Notes under the pieces: model-generated
Databases searched by the model: none
Seen by the model: only the letters and a program-made list of their open reading frames with translations
What the model was told of the DNA's origin: nothing
Origin: a virus
Taxonomy: Duplodnaviria; Caudoviricetes
Direction: 5' to 3' (one strand)
Virus record (IMG/VR): IMGVR_UViG_3300027773_000160
Coordinates: 1-50,513 of that record
DNA: 50,513 nucleotides
Made by a program: the position numbers and the translations under genes
In this document: one piece after another, positions 47,270 through 50,513 of the stretch
Layout of the letters: every line of letters begins with the position of its first letter
How positions within the stretch are numbered: the stretch's first letter is position 1

Positions 47270-49688
47270 TCTCCGCTCTGCTCAACAGTTGATCGCTCAG
47301 CTCCCAAGCTGCATCGATGAAATCGGCGCATTCGATTTCTGCAAATGCAGCAAGCTGAATGAACTCGAACTCAGTTACGGTTCGTCCCCTCAAAGCCTGC
47401 CGGACATGCAGACGCTTGAGCACGTCAAAGCACTTGAGCGCCACGAAATGCATAAAGTTCCTGGAAGCAATGCTTCCAACTCCGGACGGCCCGCCGCGAC
47501 TTCGACGAACCCTCATCGATTCCTTGCTCGTAGGATTAATCCAAACAACGTTTGGAAATAAGGGGTCCTCGATGATGGTCGGCAACTCTTCGCCACCGGG
47601 CAATGTCCGCTGTTCTTCGGGAAAATCCTCCATGCCGGGAGCTTGCTCGCCGCACAGAAGAATTTCCGGGATATCGCTTCCGCGGGCACCCTCGGTGTCC
47701 GGGGCGGGCACCCGTTCCGAGCCGATCTGGATCACGGTGGCGCGTTGTTGGTGTGGGCCTGCACCAAATCTGACTCGAACGGTTGCCTGGCCCTCCTTGA
47801 ATCCAGCCGTGAAACGGCCATGGCGCCCGATCAATCCCATGCCAGGTTCGTCTATCGCCCCGTCTATAAGAAGGTCATCTCTGGGACCATTCGGCGTCTG
47901 AAATGTGATCGCCAATTTGACTCGCTGCCCTTGCAGAAGCACTTCCGTCGGCACATCGATATTGACCTCGGTCGCAGCTACGATTTCGCAGTTAACCTTG
48001 TTTGAGAACACGCTGCCGTCGGCGGTCTCCAGCCAGATCTCACCGCGACCAGCAACATCTCCCGATATTCGGTCGCCTTCGACCAAGGACGCGATCGGTG
48101 CTGATGAACCAAGGCGAAGGTCGGTAGCTCTCACTGGCTTTGACGAACCGTCGGGTTGGTGCTCGATGCATTTGAAACGCAGCGGGACGGACGTGCCCTG
48201 CGCGAGTGACACGATCGTCCGGCCCGGTTCAAGAACAATCTCATCAATTCGCTCTCCGAACTCGGACCCTCGCCGTTTCCTTTTTTTGCCCTTGCCATCT
48301 TTTCCAGTTGGTCCCGAGCCCTGTTCTTCATCATCGGCACCCTCGCCCGATGTGTCCGGATCAAGGTATCGTCGCATGAGGTCGCGTATACTTTGGAGTG
48401 CCGCTTTGGCTTGCTCACGGTCCCGCGGTCTGTTCTCCGCCATCATCGCACGATGCAGGTCTTCCGCTAGCTCTTTGACCTTTTGGCGTGTCCATTCCAT
48501 TAGCGCTCGAACAAGCGGGGTATCGGACAAGTGGATTCGCTCCGCCCCGGAGAGATGCTCACTAACCAGTGAAGCGCAACGGAGCTCCCCATAGATGAAG
48601 CTTACCGACGTGACGAGGACACCCAGCGAGTGCAGTGGCCAATTCGCGACGTTGTTGCGACTATTCCAGACCCGAATGACATTCCTCGCCTTCGTCTCGT
48701 CCGACATTTGGAGCTGTCGGGAAGAGGTGTGAAGCCTAAGAAATCTTGGCCCATCGAGCCCTGCCACCATGTCAATCGGATCGCCCGTCTCAGGATCGGG
48801 GAGGATATCGGGGATCTGATGTTCAATCGGTTTTTCAAAGCCGGGATACGGCTCCAGCGCAATCGGCTTGATTGGGGAGGCAGTTACGAGTTCTCCGTCC
48901 ACTACGACCCATACTTCGCAAGTCTCAACACTCATCGCAGTCTGACCATGACTCGCGATGATCTCTGGGACGACCTCCTCAGCCAGCCTCTTCACCTTCC
49001 GCTTCTGGCGTCCCTCCCAATCAGCGACGCGGCTTAGCAGCACCCCTGTGAAGGCTTTTCGCTTCTGAAATGCAGCGAGGGCATTAGGAGGAAGGTTCTC
49101 TCTTGAAATGCCACACTGCGCTAAGAAGGCATCGAAGCACGCATCGGTATCAGGTGCGTCTATTGCCTTCACAATCACGCCGTTTTCTCGGGCGAACCCT
49201 GGTTTGTACCGATCCGTGGGGCGGTTGTTCTTGAAGCCCATCCGGGTGCGCTTGCCTTCAAAGCAGGACTCAAGGAATGAGAATTCGGAAGCCCCGCGGA
49301 CCATGAATGCCTTTCCGCCATTGCCATGGCCGGCTTCAATATCGTCAGAAAGCTCGCTTCGCCCCGCGGTTCGGCTCGACCACGTCGTCCAACCATCGAA
49401 ATCGGCCAAACGTGCGCCGGCGAAATCAATCACGGCGAGCCTGCGGTCGTCCGTATCGGCAACGACCACGATCTGCCGCAGGGTGTTATCTGTGATTCCG
49501 AGCCGAGAGTATTGGTCTTTCGCGTTCTTTATGAGCTCTGGAAGTCCATCCCTGACACCGCGAAAACGGCTGGTCAGCTGGTCCAGTGTGTGCGCTGCGT
49601 CCATTGGAATCTGGTCGGGAAAGAGAAAGTCTGTCGCCGCGCCAACAGGTTTAGAAGCTGGTCCAATCTTAGAGCTTGAAGCGTGCAT
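47244..49688 (-). CDS. Large GHKL (Hsp90/MORC-like) ATPase-domain protein
   Basis: ELIKNAKD N-box and GHGNGGK G-box, a charged linker, and a beta-rich C-terminal half. Confidence 0.65.
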   Translation of the reverse strand: MHASSSKIGPASKPVGAATDFLFPDQIPMDAAHTLDQLTSRFRGVRDGLPELIKNAKDQYSRLGITDNTLRQIVVVADTDDRRLAVIDFAGARLADFDGWTTWSSRTAGRSELSDDIEAGHGNGGKAFMVRGASEFSFLESCFEGKRTRMGFKNNRPTDRYKPGFARENGVIVKAIDAPDTDACFDAFLAQCGISRENLPPNALAAFQKRKAFTGVLLSRVADWEGRQKRKVKRLAEEVVPEIIASHGQTAMSVETCEVWVVVDGELVTASPIKPIALEPYPGFEKPIEHQIPDILPDPETGDPIDMVAGLDGPRFLRLHTSSRQLQMSDETKARNVIRVWNSRNNVANWPLHSLGVLVTSVSFIYGELRCASLVSEHLSGAERIHLSDTPLVRALMEWTRQKVKELAEDLHRAMMAENRPRDREQAKAALQSIRDLMRRYLDPDTSGEGADDEEQGSGPTGKDGKGKKRKRRGSEFGERIDEIVLEPGRTIVSLAQGTSVPLRFKCIEHQPDGSSKPVRATDLRLGSSAPIASLVEGDRISGDVAGRGEIWLETADGSVFSNKVNCEIVAATEVNIDVPTEVLLQGQRVKLAITFQTPNGPRDDLLIDGAIDEPGMGLIGRHGRFTAGFKEGQATVRVRFGAGPHQQRATVIQIGSERVPAPDTEGARGSDIPEILLCGEQAPGMEDFPEEQRTLPGGEELPTIIEDPLFPNVVWINPTSKESMRVRRSRGGPSGVGSIASRNFMHFVALKCFDVLKRLHVRQALRGRTVTEFEFIQLAAFAEIECADFIDAAWELSDQLLSRAESAVVQDVA

Positions 49689-49935
49689 CAGATTTTCCCT
49701 TGGGCGATGCGAAGCGGTTCTCGACTTCGTTGACGGCGTCTTTCAGCGCTCTGACGATTTTACGGACTTCAGCTTCCTCAAACTCATAAATCTGTCGGTT
49801 TGAGAGATTGCCGATCCGGCTGATCGCTTCGAGCGCCTTGTTGGTCCTGTTCTCGGCGAGCGTCCGAAATTTTTCGCGCTTGCTCGCCCCGGCCTTCGGC
49901 TGCGTCTTGGCTTCTGCGGTCACTATCTTCCTCAA
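49669..49935 (-). CDS. Small basic helical protein, first gene of the three-gene operon
   Basis: KREKFRTLAENRTNKALEAISRIGNLSNRQIYE; overlaps the ATPase ORF start. Confidence 0.7.
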   Translation of the reverse strand: MRKIVTAEAKTQPKAGASKREKFRTLAENRTNKALEAISRIGNLSNRQIYEFEEAEVRKIVRALKDAVNEVENRFASPKGKSDARFKL

Positions 49936-50390
49936 TATTCGACGAATTTTTTTAATGAACGCACGTGTCTTTTTTGAATATGTGGGACCGCAGCCCAGAT
50001 TGTCAATATTCGCTCAGATAGGCGATCTTATTCGCACATATATTTGGCGAATATGTCGATGCCCGCCGCTATGAGTGATCGGCTGCGCCTTCAGAAGCCT
50101 TTGGTTTCATTATCGTTTTTAGTGCGACACAGCTGCGCTCGATCCTCATCGGTTCCGGCTCGGGCGATTGCCTGTCCGGCCAGTGTGCATCCGCAAGGGC
50201 ACCAGTTGTTGGTTGGCCAGTGGTTTGCGGACGTATCGCGGAGTTGACATGCGAACGCCCCAGACGCGGGTCCGAGGCGTATGGCGTATGTCGCTGGATC
50301 AGCCGTTTTGGCGAGCCTATGGCGAGCCGAAACGCGAAAGCCCCGGTGGTATTCCGGGGCGCTCGCGTAAATCATTGGAAATGCTAGCGA

Positions 50391-50470
<80 letters not shown>

Positions 50471-50513
50471 GAAATTCGTCACGCCGGTGAACCGGTCCTG
50501 CCTCCCGTGAACC

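Overview
Most of the window (about 2288-50439, ~48 kb) is a lambda-like (siphoviral) prophage integrated in an initiator tRNA-Met gene (50394-50470, minus strand). A 49-bp direct repeat of the tRNA 3' part marks the other end (2288-2336). The host is probably an alphaproteobacterium (inferred from the high GC and the phage gene families). Gene order: tyrosine integrase, Fic protein, an immunity region interrupted by an RloC-like ABC ATPase, a truncated RepA-type helicase, RuvC-like resolvase, a ParB/methyltransferase/PLP-enzyme operon, terminases, portal, protease-capsid, tail genes with a -1 frameshift site, lysis genes, and a terminal methyltransferase plus GHKL-ATPase cassette. Left of the att repeat is a remnant of a second related element. 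Most striking: (1) a eukaryote-like ubiquitin domain (56/76 identical to human ubiquitin by manual alignment) between a signal peptide and an autotransporter barrel, in a cassette bounded by duplicated phage gene ends; (2) a complete tRNA(CAT) cloverleaf on the same strand within the probable 5' coding region of a PLP-enzyme gene; (3) cargo cassettes flanked by duplicated tail-gene segments; (4) candidate new defence modules. All product calls come from motif recognition and gene order, not database searches.
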